DNA from: Candidatus Kapaibacterium sp.
GTDB taxonomy: Bacteria; Bacteroidota; Ignavibacteria; Kapaibacteriales; WFXC01
Direction: 5' to 3'
Assembly (NCBI GenBank): GCA_027082775.1
Contig: JALWUI010000058.1
Coordinates: 7,255 to 71,254, forward strand
Length of the DNA: 64,000 bases
Of this stretch, positions 10,735 through 18,940 are shown one piece after another. The notes below the pieces were generated by a model. That model was not told the DNA's origin. It worked only from the letters and a program-made list of their open reading frames with translations, and did no database searches. Each line of letters opens with the position of its first letter. Position 1 is the first letter of the stretch. A program made the position numbers and the translations under genes.

Positions 10735-11756
10735 TGTTCCAGAAGATTTTTCAACTGCTCTGCTGCTGAATCACTCAGTTCCACCCACATCGGAAGCACG
10801 TACACCGCAATGCCAGATTGTTCAATCTGCTGTCGGTACGGCAGAAGACGAACCGCATCCTTTTCCGTCGTGACCAGCGCGGCTGCTTTTTGCTGACGCA
10901 GAAGACGCTGCAACGTACGAAGATCTTCCAGCGTATACCAGTGATGATCTGGAAAAGCCAGTGTTTGCACGACCGGAACGCCATCACGAAGCAGTTGTTG
11001 AAAGAATTGCTGAGGATTGGCAATGCCAGCAAAAGCAACGAAATGTTCTGGTGGTAATCCATTGCCCAGAAACAGTTGCAATTCGCCAAACGCCACGGTA
11101 AAGGGAAGGCACGGGCGCTCTGGCACTACCGAACGCAGCACATCACACGACAGCGGTGCACGTGCCAGCAACAGATCTGCGCGGTGCAAAGCGTCGAGGG
11201 GCTCGCGCAATTTCCCTGCTGGCAGCAAAGAATGCTCCTCAAGCGTTTCCGAGGTTACAATCACCAGATCACAGTGGCGGTGACACTGCCAGTGCTGGAA
11301 AGCGTCATCGAAAATCAAAGTATCAACCGCAAAGGAGCGGGCAACATACGCAGCGGCTCGAGACCGATTGCTATCGACCACAACCGGTACCGAGGGAAGT
11401 TTCCACGCATACCAGTAGGGTTCATCGCCGGCTGCCGTCACCGAAGCCGTTATTTGCTGCCCATCCGAAACAACGAGAAGTCCCGAAGACCGACGTCGGT
11501 AGCCACGGGAAAGAATCGCTGGTCTTCTGCCCTGCTGGAGCAGGTAACGAGCAAGCCAGTACACAAAAGGTGTTTTGCCGGTACCGCCAACCAGCAGATT
11601 ACCAACGCTGATTGTGGGCAGCGGTGGATAAACGGGTTTTCGAAGTCCTGTGCGATAGAGCCATTGCCGGCAGCGAAGGACCCCTCCATAGAGCCAGCTT
11701 CCAGCTTTCAAGAAGTGGCGCATTCGGGCAAACGTTCTGGTGGAAGATTCAACCAC
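10698..11756 (-). CDS. lpxK: Tetraacyldisaccharide 4'-kinase
   Basis: LpxK P-loop motif ISVGNLLVGGTGKTP. The alternative start at the second Met (position 11723) would reduce the overlap with the upstream gene. Confidence 0.8.
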   Translation of the reverse strand: MVESSTRTFARMRHFLKAGSWLYGGVLRCRQWLYRTGLRKPVYPPLPTISVGNLLVGGTGKTPFVYWLARYLLQQGRRPAILSRGYRRRSSGLLVVSDGQQITASVTAAGDEPYWYAWKLPSVPVVVDSNRSRAAAYVARSFAVDTLIFDDAFQHWQCHRHCDLVIVTSETLEEHSLLPAGKLREPLDALHRADLLLARAPLSCDVLRSVVPERPCLPFTVAFGELQLFLGNGLPPEHFVAFAGIANPQQFFQQLLRDGVPVVQTLAFPDHHWYTLEDLRTLQRLLRQQKAAALVTTEKDAVRLLPYRQQIEQSGIAVYVLPMWVELSDSAAEQLKNLLEQCLSRSIPNRFA

Positions 11757-12307
11757 TGTTCACACTGCTGGATCCATCGATCAATTTCATCTGGCGATGC
11801 GTCCTGCGGAACACGAATCGGCGGTGAAAAGAAAAGCTCGATGTGGGCAAAGGGATAGGGGAGCAGGAAACGATCCCAACTGCGGGAGAATCGAATCCCC
11901 CGAGCTCGAATTCTGCATAACAACAGCGGTCGCTGGGTACGATGCGCCAGCACGACGGCTCCGGGTTTAAACCGATGACGCGGTCCCCTTGATCCATCAG
12001 GCGTTATCAACACCGTGTACTGCCGGGCTAAAGCAGCCAACCGATGAAGTGCTTCCTTCCCTCCTCGATGACGCGATCCCCGAACAACGGTATACCGCCA
12101 GCGCCGCAGCAGTCGCGCCAGCCATTCTCCATCCCGACTGTAGCTAATCAACGCTGCAGCAGTGACGGAGGCAAAAAACCGCCATACCGGCAACATCTCA
12201 TCGTGCCACATCGCCACAACGGCAGGGTGAGGAAGAGAACCGGAAACATAGGAGCGAAGACGCCACGATCGGCACCACCAATCCAATACGTACAATGCAG
12301 GGTTCAT
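11708..12307 (-). CDS. DUF374 / lysophospholipid-acyltransferase-like protein commonly linked to Kdo-lipid A genes
   Basis: 199 aa. The weak motif recognition rests mainly on conserved genomic context between lpxB and lpxK. Confidence 0.5.
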   Translation of the reverse strand: MNPALYVLDWWCRSWRLRSYVSGSLPHPAVVAMWHDEMLPVWRFFASVTAAALISYSRDGEWLARLLRRWRYTVVRGSRHRGGKEALHRLAALARQYTVLITPDGSRGPRHRFKPGAVVLAHRTQRPLLLCRIRARGIRFSRSWDRFLLPYPFAHIELFFSPPIRVPQDASPDEIDRWIQQCEQWLNLPPERLPECATS

Positions 12308-13419
12308 TGTGCAAGCCGCCCGAGAATCACATCCGCAACTGTTTCCGTTGCTCCAGCGCCACCCAGCGTCGCACGGAGCTGCTGGAATTGGGACAGGAAT
12401 AACGAACGGTATTCTGAATTCGTGAGAATGGACAGCACGGATTCTGCAATTGCCTTCGGCTGAGCTTCATCCTGGATGAACTCTGGGACAACCGCCTGTT
12501 GTAACAAAATGTTGACCAGCGTAATATGCGGGACGTTGACCAGCCATTTGCCAATTCGGTAGGAGAGTGCAGAGGTTTTGTACACCGTAACAAAAGGAGT
12601 GAGGAGCACAGCCGCTTCCAGGGTTGAAGTGCCAGCTTTGATAATTGCCGCTTTCGCCCATTGCAGTGCCTGCGATGCCGTAGAAGCAAACTCCAACTCC
12701 AGATGCTCGTAAGAGCGGAAATAGGGCATGTAACTTTCCAAAGGAAGCGTTTCAGGCTTGACAATCGTAAAACTCAACTCTGGCAAATAGGATGCCAGAA
12801 TAGCGGCTGTTTGTAACATCAGGGGTAAATGATGCGCAAGCTCCTGAGGTCGACTACCGGGCATTAACACAATCGTATCATCCCGGTACTCAAATCGGCG
12901 TGGCAGCGCTGCAAACTGTGGATCATCCAGCAAAGGATGTCCGACATACAGGGCTGGGACACCCAGTTGCGTAAAAAAAGCTTCTTCGAATGGAAAAACC
13001 ACCAGGAGCAAATCAACACTGTTTGCCAGCGTCTGCGCCCGCTGCTTACCCCACGCCCACAATTGTGGAGCGATATAGTAAATCGTCGGAATCCGAAGTT
13101 TTCTGGCAAACGTGGCAAGGCGCAGGTTGAAACCAGGAAAATCAATGGGAAGGAACAGATCCGGCCGCTGCTCCTGAAGCACTTTTTTACAACGCCGCAA
13201 TACGCTCCGGAAAAATGCGTATTTTTTCACAACCTCCCAGAATCCCACGACACTGAGGGATTCAAAGGGAACGAGCGACTGCAATCCCTGCGCCTGCATT
13301 GCCGGTCCTCCCAGCCCGATAAACTCAAGATCCGGACGCCGCGCTTTGAGCACTCGCATTAAACGGGCGGCGTGGGCATCTGCTGAAGGATCACCAACAG
13401 AAATGAAAATTTTTGCCAT
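12304..13419 (-). CDS. lpxB: Lipid-A-disaccharide synthase
   Basis: 371 aa with the N-terminal MAKIFISVGDPSAD motif (LpxB AGExSGD-like) and a GT-B fold signature. Confidence 0.85.
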   Translation of the reverse strand: MAKIFISVGDPSADAHAARLMRVLKARRPDLEFIGLGGPAMQAQGLQSLVPFESLSVVGFWEVVKKYAFFRSVLRRCKKVLQEQRPDLFLPIDFPGFNLRLATFARKLRIPTIYYIAPQLWAWGKQRAQTLANSVDLLLVVFPFEEAFFTQLGVPALYVGHPLLDDPQFAALPRRFEYRDDTIVLMPGSRPQELAHHLPLMLQTAAILASYLPELSFTIVKPETLPLESYMPYFRSYEHLELEFASTASQALQWAKAAIIKAGTSTLEAAVLLTPFVTVYKTSALSYRIGKWLVNVPHITLVNILLQQAVVPEFIQDEAQPKAIAESVLSILTNSEYRSLFLSQFQQLRATLGGAGATETVADVILGRLAQ

Positions 13420-13604
13420 ATTGTTCCATTGACCGCTATTGCTCTTTGTTGCTGCTGTGGTGACGCACCATCACCCTTAGTGTTTTGGCAGGAAACTGCC
13501 CATAGCAAGCTATGCTGCGGAAGCACAGTCCAGAAGCATCGGTTTACAACAGGAAATGCCCCTGCGATATCCATCCCGGTAATGGATACGGATACCAGAA
13601 TTCC

Positions 13605-13889
13605 TTACGAAGTCGCCGGACTTTCAGAACTGTCTTCAACCCCGCACACATTTGTCAGCGTCGTTACCAGAATGGTCATCCCGTATTCCGCAGCCGCATT
13701 GAATGCAGCCTGTAAAGCTTCAAAAACCACCGCTGCTTCCCCTTCAATTTCCGTATGCATTGGCTGGACATCGACGGTAAGGGGAAACGATCGGAGAACT
13801 TCAATTGCTCGATTGATCGCTCGAAAATCCTGCTGTCCCAGCGGATACACTGCCACCGTTGCAGCAATTCGCATCAGTGCTTCTCCCAC
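13605..13889 (-). CDS. MTH1187/YkoF-like small protein (UPF0045 family)
   Basis: 94 aa with a ferredoxin-like pattern (VAVYPLG, TEIEGEA, YGMTILVTT). The likely true start is the second Met at 13874, sharing one base with the upstream stop (TGATG). Confidence 0.5.
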   Translation of the reverse strand: MGEALMRIAATVAVYPLGQQDFRAINRAIEVLRSFPLTVDVQPMHTEIEGEAAVVFEALQAAFNAAAEYGMTILVTTLTNVCGVEDSSESPATS

Positions 13890-14548
13890 ATTATGAGACT
13901 GAATCCCGGAACATTGCCAGCACGCTGTCCAGCGCGATCTGCTTCATCGTACGGCGGATGAGCATACGGTGCAAGCCACAAAGCCGAGCGTTTCTCCTGC
14001 GCTGGCTGTCCAACCATCGTCTCCAGTTGCTGCTGATCGTAGAAACGGGCGACCTGCCACGGCAGTTCGCCCCGGTCAGCCCGATGGCGATAAACCGCAA
14101 CCCAACTGCTTTCGACTTCTAAAAATCCGATGATCAGGTGACCGCCGGGCTGTAAAACTCGCAGCGCTTCACCGATCGCCCGCCGGGGATTGTTCACAAA
14201 TTCCAGGGTTGCAAAAAACAGCACGCAGGCAAAAGCCTCATCTGGAAAAGGCAGGTTTTCCGCAACTGCCGTGATCCAGCGCACTGCCGGGAGCTTCTGC
14301 CGACCAATGGCTTGCATTGCCTCTGAGGGTTCCACCGCCGTCACATCCCATCCAGCGTCAAGCAAAATCCGGGTCGCAAATCCAGTACCCGCTCCAATAT
14401 CCAGTGCCGTTTCCGGGTGCAACCGGTTCAACAACTGCCGCAATCGCCGCGTTTCCTGCTCCGCCACATACTGTCCCAGCGGTGTTGTGAACCATTGATC
14501 ATACGCAGAGGCTATAGACTGGAACGCTGCCACACCGTTCATTTCCAT
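13874..14548 (-). CDS. Class I SAM-dependent methyltransferase
   Basis: Motif I LDIGAGTGFAT, post-I acidic residue and motif II (PGGHLII), in the Methyltransf_11-like arrangement. Confidence 0.75.
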   Translation of the reverse strand: MEMNGVAAFQSIASAYDQWFTTPLGQYVAEQETRRLRQLLNRLHPETALDIGAGTGFATRILLDAGWDVTAVEPSEAMQAIGRQKLPAVRWITAVAENLPFPDEAFACVLFFATLEFVNNPRRAIGEALRVLQPGGHLIIGFLEVESSWVAVYRHRADRGELPWQVARFYDQQQLETMVGQPAQEKRSALWLAPYAHPPYDEADRAGQRAGNVPGFSLIMWEKH

Positions 14549-14563
14549 TTCTCTTTTTTGTCC

Positions 14564-15151
14564 TTACGCTGCAACTTTTGGCTTTCGATGAGCAGTAACG
14601 ATCCAGTACGAAGTAATTTTGGACAGAAACTGCCGCGCCGGGTATTCCAGACGTCCGCGATGGCGCAACACCCTTCGGGAGGGCCACGGATCCCGGACGA
14701 CAACAGTAAGCGCACGGGGAGGATGTCCCGGAAGCTGCTCAATTTGCAGCGCCGTTGCCACAACAGCGTGACCGGCTAACCGGGGAAAGGTGCGGCTGAT
14801 GTAGGATAGCAGGACAGGACGCTGCGCGGACAATTCCCGGATCAAGGTTTCCAGCGGTGGTGGTCCCCAGTGAAACGAAGCTCGAACGACAAAAAATTGC
14901 CCTTTGAAATCGATCCCCCAATCATTCAGATTTTTTGCCATCGCTTCGTATGTTGCCTCCCGATTCGGCGGCTGCCCCCGCCAATCCAGACCATAAGCAC
15001 GGTACACAATGGCTTCCTGTGAGATCTCGATCCCATAGTACCGCAGAATCATTTCAATAGCGGCTGCCCAGCACCATTGCGTATTCCGCTGCGCGGCATA
15101 GACCGTATTCATCCGACCGGTTGGAATGCCGATGTAGAAACGCCGGGACAT
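14564..15151 (-). CDS. Papain-fold (C39-like) cysteine peptidase domain protein
   Basis: 195 aa. The catalytic-Cys context (QRNTQWCWAAAIEMILRYYG) and downstream His (GHAVVA) resemble the C39 / Peptidase_C39_2 family. There are no TM segments. Confidence 0.45.
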   Translation of the reverse strand: MSRRFYIGIPTGRMNTVYAAQRNTQWCWAAAIEMILRYYGIEISQEAIVYRAYGLDWRGQPPNREATYEAMAKNLNDWGIDFKGQFFVVRASFHWGPPPLETLIRELSAQRPVLLSYISRTFPRLAGHAVVATALQIEQLPGHPPRALTVVVRDPWPSRRVLRHRGRLEYPARQFLSKITSYWIVTAHRKPKVAA

Positions 15152-15257
15152 TGCTCCGTCTGCTTATTGCTTCTGCACTGCTGCACATTTTCTAGTAGAC
15201 GTTCAACGCTTTTGAACCCTGCACCACTCTGCACCTTTGATCCCGGCAACGGACAGC

Positions 15258-16226
15258 TTACGGTTGAAACCGCCAGGTGTTGATTCCCGGCTGTACCTGA
15301 AATGCCGACGCCTGTACCTTCTTGTAGTCTGAACCCGTACACGGGAGAACGTCTGAGTGAGGAATGGTAAAGGCGTTGACACGATGAACGCAGAAACGAT
15401 AAGGCAGGTTGGAGTCATACCAGAAATACTGATGCTGACTGTCCTCAGCGTACAGATAGACAGTGCCCTTGTACCATCCCAGGGAAAGCTGGATAGACTG
15501 ATGTGGATCCAGTTTGTACCACCCTCTCGACACCCACCCTTCTGACGAAGAAAACGAAATCACGCAGGCATAGAGCAGCCAATCGGTGTCATTGGCTAAT
15601 TGCAGGATCGTTTCAGCAGGAGCCGAAGGAAATCGGGGAAAGAAGGACGAGGGCGGCGTTCCATACTGAATGTACCCGCCGCTTCGCTGCGTCGAGTGCT
15701 GGGGTAGTTGTGTTGGATCCAGATCCACCAAAGTACCGTCAATCCAGCATTTCCATCCCCAATCTCGAAAAAGGATGCACCTATCCCCAACCCAAGACCT
15801 CCGAATCCACCCTCTCCGTAGGGTCCACGCCGAACCATCGCTCAGTACCAAGATTTCCGTTCCATTATCATCAATTACGTCCGCTACTCTCAACTTTTTT
15901 GCCCCGATCAGTTGCTCCACCTCAACCCCCTGATCCTCATTACACCCTTCAACCCACATTTTCCCATTTCGGAGAATAACGCGGGGGTTAAATTCGTAGC
16001 AGTAGTCATAGGTATACTCACGCTGGATCCAGAAGGTGCCATCGGAGAGCTCAACAACGGTGTTGCCTTGCCACCCTTCAAAGTCACCAACGATTTGCAA
16101 CGAAGATGGAGCGAACGGATCCTGCTGCTGCGATGCGTTCCAATTCCAGTTCCAGTTTCCCCACTGCTGGGCACCCAGCGGCAGGCTCAGCCACAGTGCA
16201 AAGAAGAAAGCGTACCATTGCTTCAT
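15258..16226 (-). CDS. Secreted hypothetical protein with an internal tandem ~45-aa module
   Basis: N-terminal signal peptide (MKQWYAFFFALWLSLPLGAQQ) followed by WGNWNWNWN. It has two related modules (ELSDGTFWIQ...WVEG and VLSDGSAWTL...WIDG). No recognisable catalytic motifs. Confidence 0.6.
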   Translation of the reverse strand: MKQWYAFFFALWLSLPLGAQQWGNWNWNWNASQQQDPFAPSSLQIVGDFEGWQGNTVVELSDGTFWIQREYTYDYCYEFNPRVILRNGKMWVEGCNEDQGVEVEQLIGAKKLRVADVIDDNGTEILVLSDGSAWTLRRGWIRRSWVGDRCILFRDWGWKCWIDGTLVDLDPTQLPQHSTQRSGGYIQYGTPPSSFFPRFPSAPAETILQLANDTDWLLYACVISFSSSEGWVSRGWYKLDPHQSIQLSLGWYKGTVYLYAEDSQHQYFWYDSNLPYRFCVHRVNAFTIPHSDVLPCTGSDYKKVQASAFQVQPGINTWRFQP

Positions 16227-16439
16227 CGGTCAACTCCTCTGGATGTACAAACTGATTACGGCAACAGACTCTTTTGCCCTTTTTCCAGTGGCAAATGCAG
16301 CATTTTGAGAAGGTTCCTGTTGCTCCAGACAATAATCGAACACCGGGTTTTACAGTTCCAAAGTTGCCAATCGAGAACCCTGTTTCAGCGCATATTTCTG
16401 GCAGTGCCCACTTGGACATACAAATTTTTGCCCCTACTA

Positions 16440-16920
16440 TCGCTCCGTAGGAACAGGAATGTTTGCCGACGAAAGTCGGCGCTCCCACCGACTGGGAGCG
16501 CACCCTTTAGGGTGCATTCTCTGCCGACGAAAGTCGGCGCTCCCGGCAATTGCCAGCGAAAGCTAGCACTCCCAGTGGGTGCCGGCGAACGTCGTGCTTC
16601 TAGTCCACTGGGAGCGCATACTTTAGTGTGCATTTCTTGCCGGCTGAAGCCGGCGCTCCCAGTTCGGCGCAATCCGGCAGGTCGTCATCACCCGCACCCG
16701 TAGGGGCGACCGGCCGGTCGCCCCTACACATTCGCAACGTTGCCGACGAAAGTCGGCACTCCCAGTCGGCGTCTCCAGTTCACTGGAAGCGCACACTTCA
16801 GCATGCATTTACTGGGAACGCATCCTTTAGGATGCATTTACTGGAAACGCACACTTCATCGTGCATCGTTGACCCTTTGCCGACTGATCCCGGCGCTCCC
16901 AGTCGGCGCTTGCAGAGCGT
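16440..16920. repeat. Cluster of REP/BIME-like short palindromic repeat units (cluster 1)
   Basis: At least 10 units combine a 6-bp-stem hairpin with a GAAA/TGAA/TTTA loop (e.g. GCCGACGAAAGTCGGC, GCACCCTTTAGGGTGC) and the core ACTGGGAGCGC or its reverse complement GCGCTCCCAGT. The units alternate in orientation. The same family recurs at 39.06-39.55 kb. Confidence 0.8.
16700..16727. repeat. Perfect 28-nt GC-rich palindrome inside repeat cluster 1
   Basis: GTAGGGGCGACCGG|CCGGTCGCCCCTAC. A related imperfect copy (GGGCGACCAGCCAGTCGCCCCTAC) lies at about 39418..39443 in cluster 2. Confidence 0.85.
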
Positions 16921-17023
16921 TCGTAGATAGCAAATCATCCCGACACTTTGCGATCCCCATCCAACTCCAATACAACCCGGAGCTAACCGTAAGAGAGGCA
17001 ACTAAAGAAATGGAGCAGCGACG

Positions 17024-18175
17024 ATGAACAGACAGCGCAACATTCTGCTTTTTACTCCCGGTCCTACGGCTGTTCCACCGTTTGTCTACGAGGCAATGCA
17101 GCAGCCGTTGTACCACCGCAGTGACGCATTTCGCCAGCTCTGGCAACAATTGCACCAGCGGCTGCAATGGCTCTTTCAAACCGAGCAGCCGGTTCTTGCC
17201 CTTACCTGCTCGGCAACCGGAGCAGCCGAAGCGGTTATCCAGCAGTTGTTTGCCAGCACTGCTCCCCACTGCGTCGTTGTCAACGGGAAATTTGCAGAGC
17301 GCTGGGCGTTGATGCTGGAGCGTTTCGGTGCCCAGGTGCATCGATTGTCCGTCCCCTGGGGAGAAGCACCACTGCTGGAGGAAATCGAGTCAGTGGTACA
17401 ATCAATGCCCAATCTTGTCTCCTTCTGGGTCGTACACAGCGAAACTTCAACCGGCGCCTTGAGCGATGTCAAAGCCATTGCCCGTATCGTCCGCACATAC
17501 AGCGAGGCTCTGATCTGTGTCGATGCGGTCAGTTCCCTGGGCGTTCATCCGCTGTCGATGGATCAATGGGGACTGGACGTGGTGTTTACCGGCTCACAAA
17601 AATCCCTGATGCTCCCTCCAGGACTGGCTTTCGTTGCCCTGAGCCAGCGAGCGTGGGACAGCGTGCAGCGCCGCTCTGCGGTTAGCTGGTATTTCGACCT
17701 GCTGCAAGCACGTCGGTCGGCTGAGAAAGGACTAACCCCCTGGACACCGGCAATTCCTCTTCTCCAGGGAGCTGATGCCGTGTTGCAGTATTTCCAGAAC
17801 GCAGGACTGGAAGCGATATGGCATCTTCATCAGCGCCGCGCCCACGCCTTCCGTGCTGCGCTGGAAGCGTTGCAACTGCGAGTTTTCGGACAGAGTTCTT
17901 CTCACGCGGTCACGCCTGTTTATCTCCCTCCCGGTGGAGAATCATTCCGCCAGCAACTCTACGAACAGTTCGGTATCGTAGTTGCCGGTGGGCAGGAGCA
18001 ACTTAAAGGCAAAATTTTCCGGGTTTCCCATATGGGATGGTTACCGTACGAACGTCACCTGTACCTGATCAGTGCGATGGAACAATTGCTTCAGCAGCAA
18101 CATTATCATTTTGAATTCGGTGCGGGCATTGCAACCTTTCAAAAGGTGTGGATGAGTGAAGGAGCAAATGGATGA
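17024..18175 (+). CDS. Class V pyridoxal-phosphate aminotransferase (alanine-glyoxylate / serine-pyruvate aminotransferase family)
   Basis: 383 aa with an N-terminal LLFTPGPT motif and a GSQKSL-type Lys region typical of the AGXT/SGAT family. Confidence 0.8.
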   Translation: MNRQRNILLFTPGPTAVPPFVYEAMQQPLYHRSDAFRQLWQQLHQRLQWLFQTEQPVLALTCSATGAAEAVIQQLFASTAPHCVVVNGKFAERWALMLERFGAQVHRLSVPWGEAPLLEEIESVVQSMPNLVSFWVVHSETSTGALSDVKAIARIVRTYSEALICVDAVSSLGVHPLSMDQWGLDVVFTGSQKSLMLPPGLAFVALSQRAWDSVQRRSAVSWYFDLLQARRSAEKGLTPWTPAIPLLQGADAVLQYFQNAGLEAIWHLHQRRAHAFRAALEALQLRVFGQSSSHAVTPVYLPPGGESFRQQLYEQFGIVVAGGQEQLKGKIFRVSHMGWLPYERHLYLISAMEQLLQQQHYHFEFGAGIATFQKVWMSEGANG

Positions 18176-18807
18176 GCGCTCCGTATCAACTGCTCATTGC
18201 TTCCAATAATCCGCACAAGATTGAGGAAGTTCAGCACATCCTTGATGAGCTACTTCACGGTGCCGTTCAGATCCTTTCACCTGCTTCCCTGGGGCTTCAC
18301 GTCGAGGTAAAAGAAACAGGCGCGACACTGGAAGAGAACGCCTACCTGAAAGCCATCGCCTTCCACCGCGCCAGTGGACTCCCTGTTATTGCGGACGATA
18401 CCGGACTGGAAGTCGAAGCGCTCAACGGTGCGCCGGGCATTCACACCGCACGGTATGCAGGTGAAGATCAAGATGATCGGAAAAATCGGCAAAAGTTACT
18501 CAAAGAGCTCTCAATGGTTGCACCAGAAAAGCGTAACGCTCGATTTCGCACCGTCATCTGCTTCGTCGATTCCCTCCGCATTTTCTTTGCAGAAGGAATG
18601 TGTCCGGGCAGGATTGTCGAGCAGGAACGCGGAACAGGCGGTTTCGGTTACGATCCGATTTTCATTCCGGAAGGGCATCACCGCACGTTCGCAGAACTAC
18701 CTGCAGCGATCAAAAATCGCATCAGCCATCGCCGGCGCGCGCTGGAAGCATTCGCTCAAAAGTTTGCTGCTTACTACGATATTCCACTGGCAACCCAACA
18801 CCGATAA
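18172..18807 (+). CDS. rdgB: Non-canonical purine NTP (dITP/XTP) pyrophosphatase, RdgB/Ham1 family
   Basis: 211 aa with ASNNPHKIEE, DDTGLEV and GGFGYDPIF motifs. An ATGA overlap links it to the aminotransferase gene. Confidence 0.85.
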   Translation: MSAPYQLLIASNNPHKIEEVQHILDELLHGAVQILSPASLGLHVEVKETGATLEENAYLKAIAFHRASGLPVIADDTGLEVEALNGAPGIHTARYAGEDQDDRKNRQKLLKELSMVAPEKRNARFRTVICFVDSLRIFFAEGMCPGRIVEQERGTGGFGYDPIFIPEGHHRTFAELPAAIKNRISHRRRALEAFAQKFAAYYDIPLATQHR

Positions 18808-18940
18808 CAACATTCCTTCCTTCTGCATTCTGCTTACTGAGGAGCGACATTTCACGAAACCAGCCCGGAAAACGTCTTGCTGCCTTTTCCAGGGGAAGAA
18901 CTGGCTGCAACTGGCAAGAAGGAACAGAAAGGGGACGGAA

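Noticed and set aside
11076-11858. ORF 11076..11858 (+), 260 aa, antisense to lpxK
   Set aside because: It overlaps the LpxK frame carrying the GGTGKTP P-loop and has no motif of its own.
16440-16920. Possibility that the repeat clusters are CRISPR arrays
   Set aside because: The units are palindromic, vary in length and sequence, alternate in orientation and have no regular repeat-spacer periodicity. There are no cas genes nearby.
16385-17027. ORF-track ORFs (16385..16672 -, 16628..16930 +, 16740..17027 +, 16798..17001 -) inside repeat cluster 1
   Set aside because: They are made of GC-rich palindromic repeat units, overlap each other on both strands and have a Pro/Arg/Ala-rich composition. 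They are artefacts of the repeat array.
18374-18940. N-terminal 190 codons of ORF 18374..20656 overlapping rdgB
   Set aside because: It overlaps the conserved rdgB frame. The M3 peptidase homology begins near ATG 18941.
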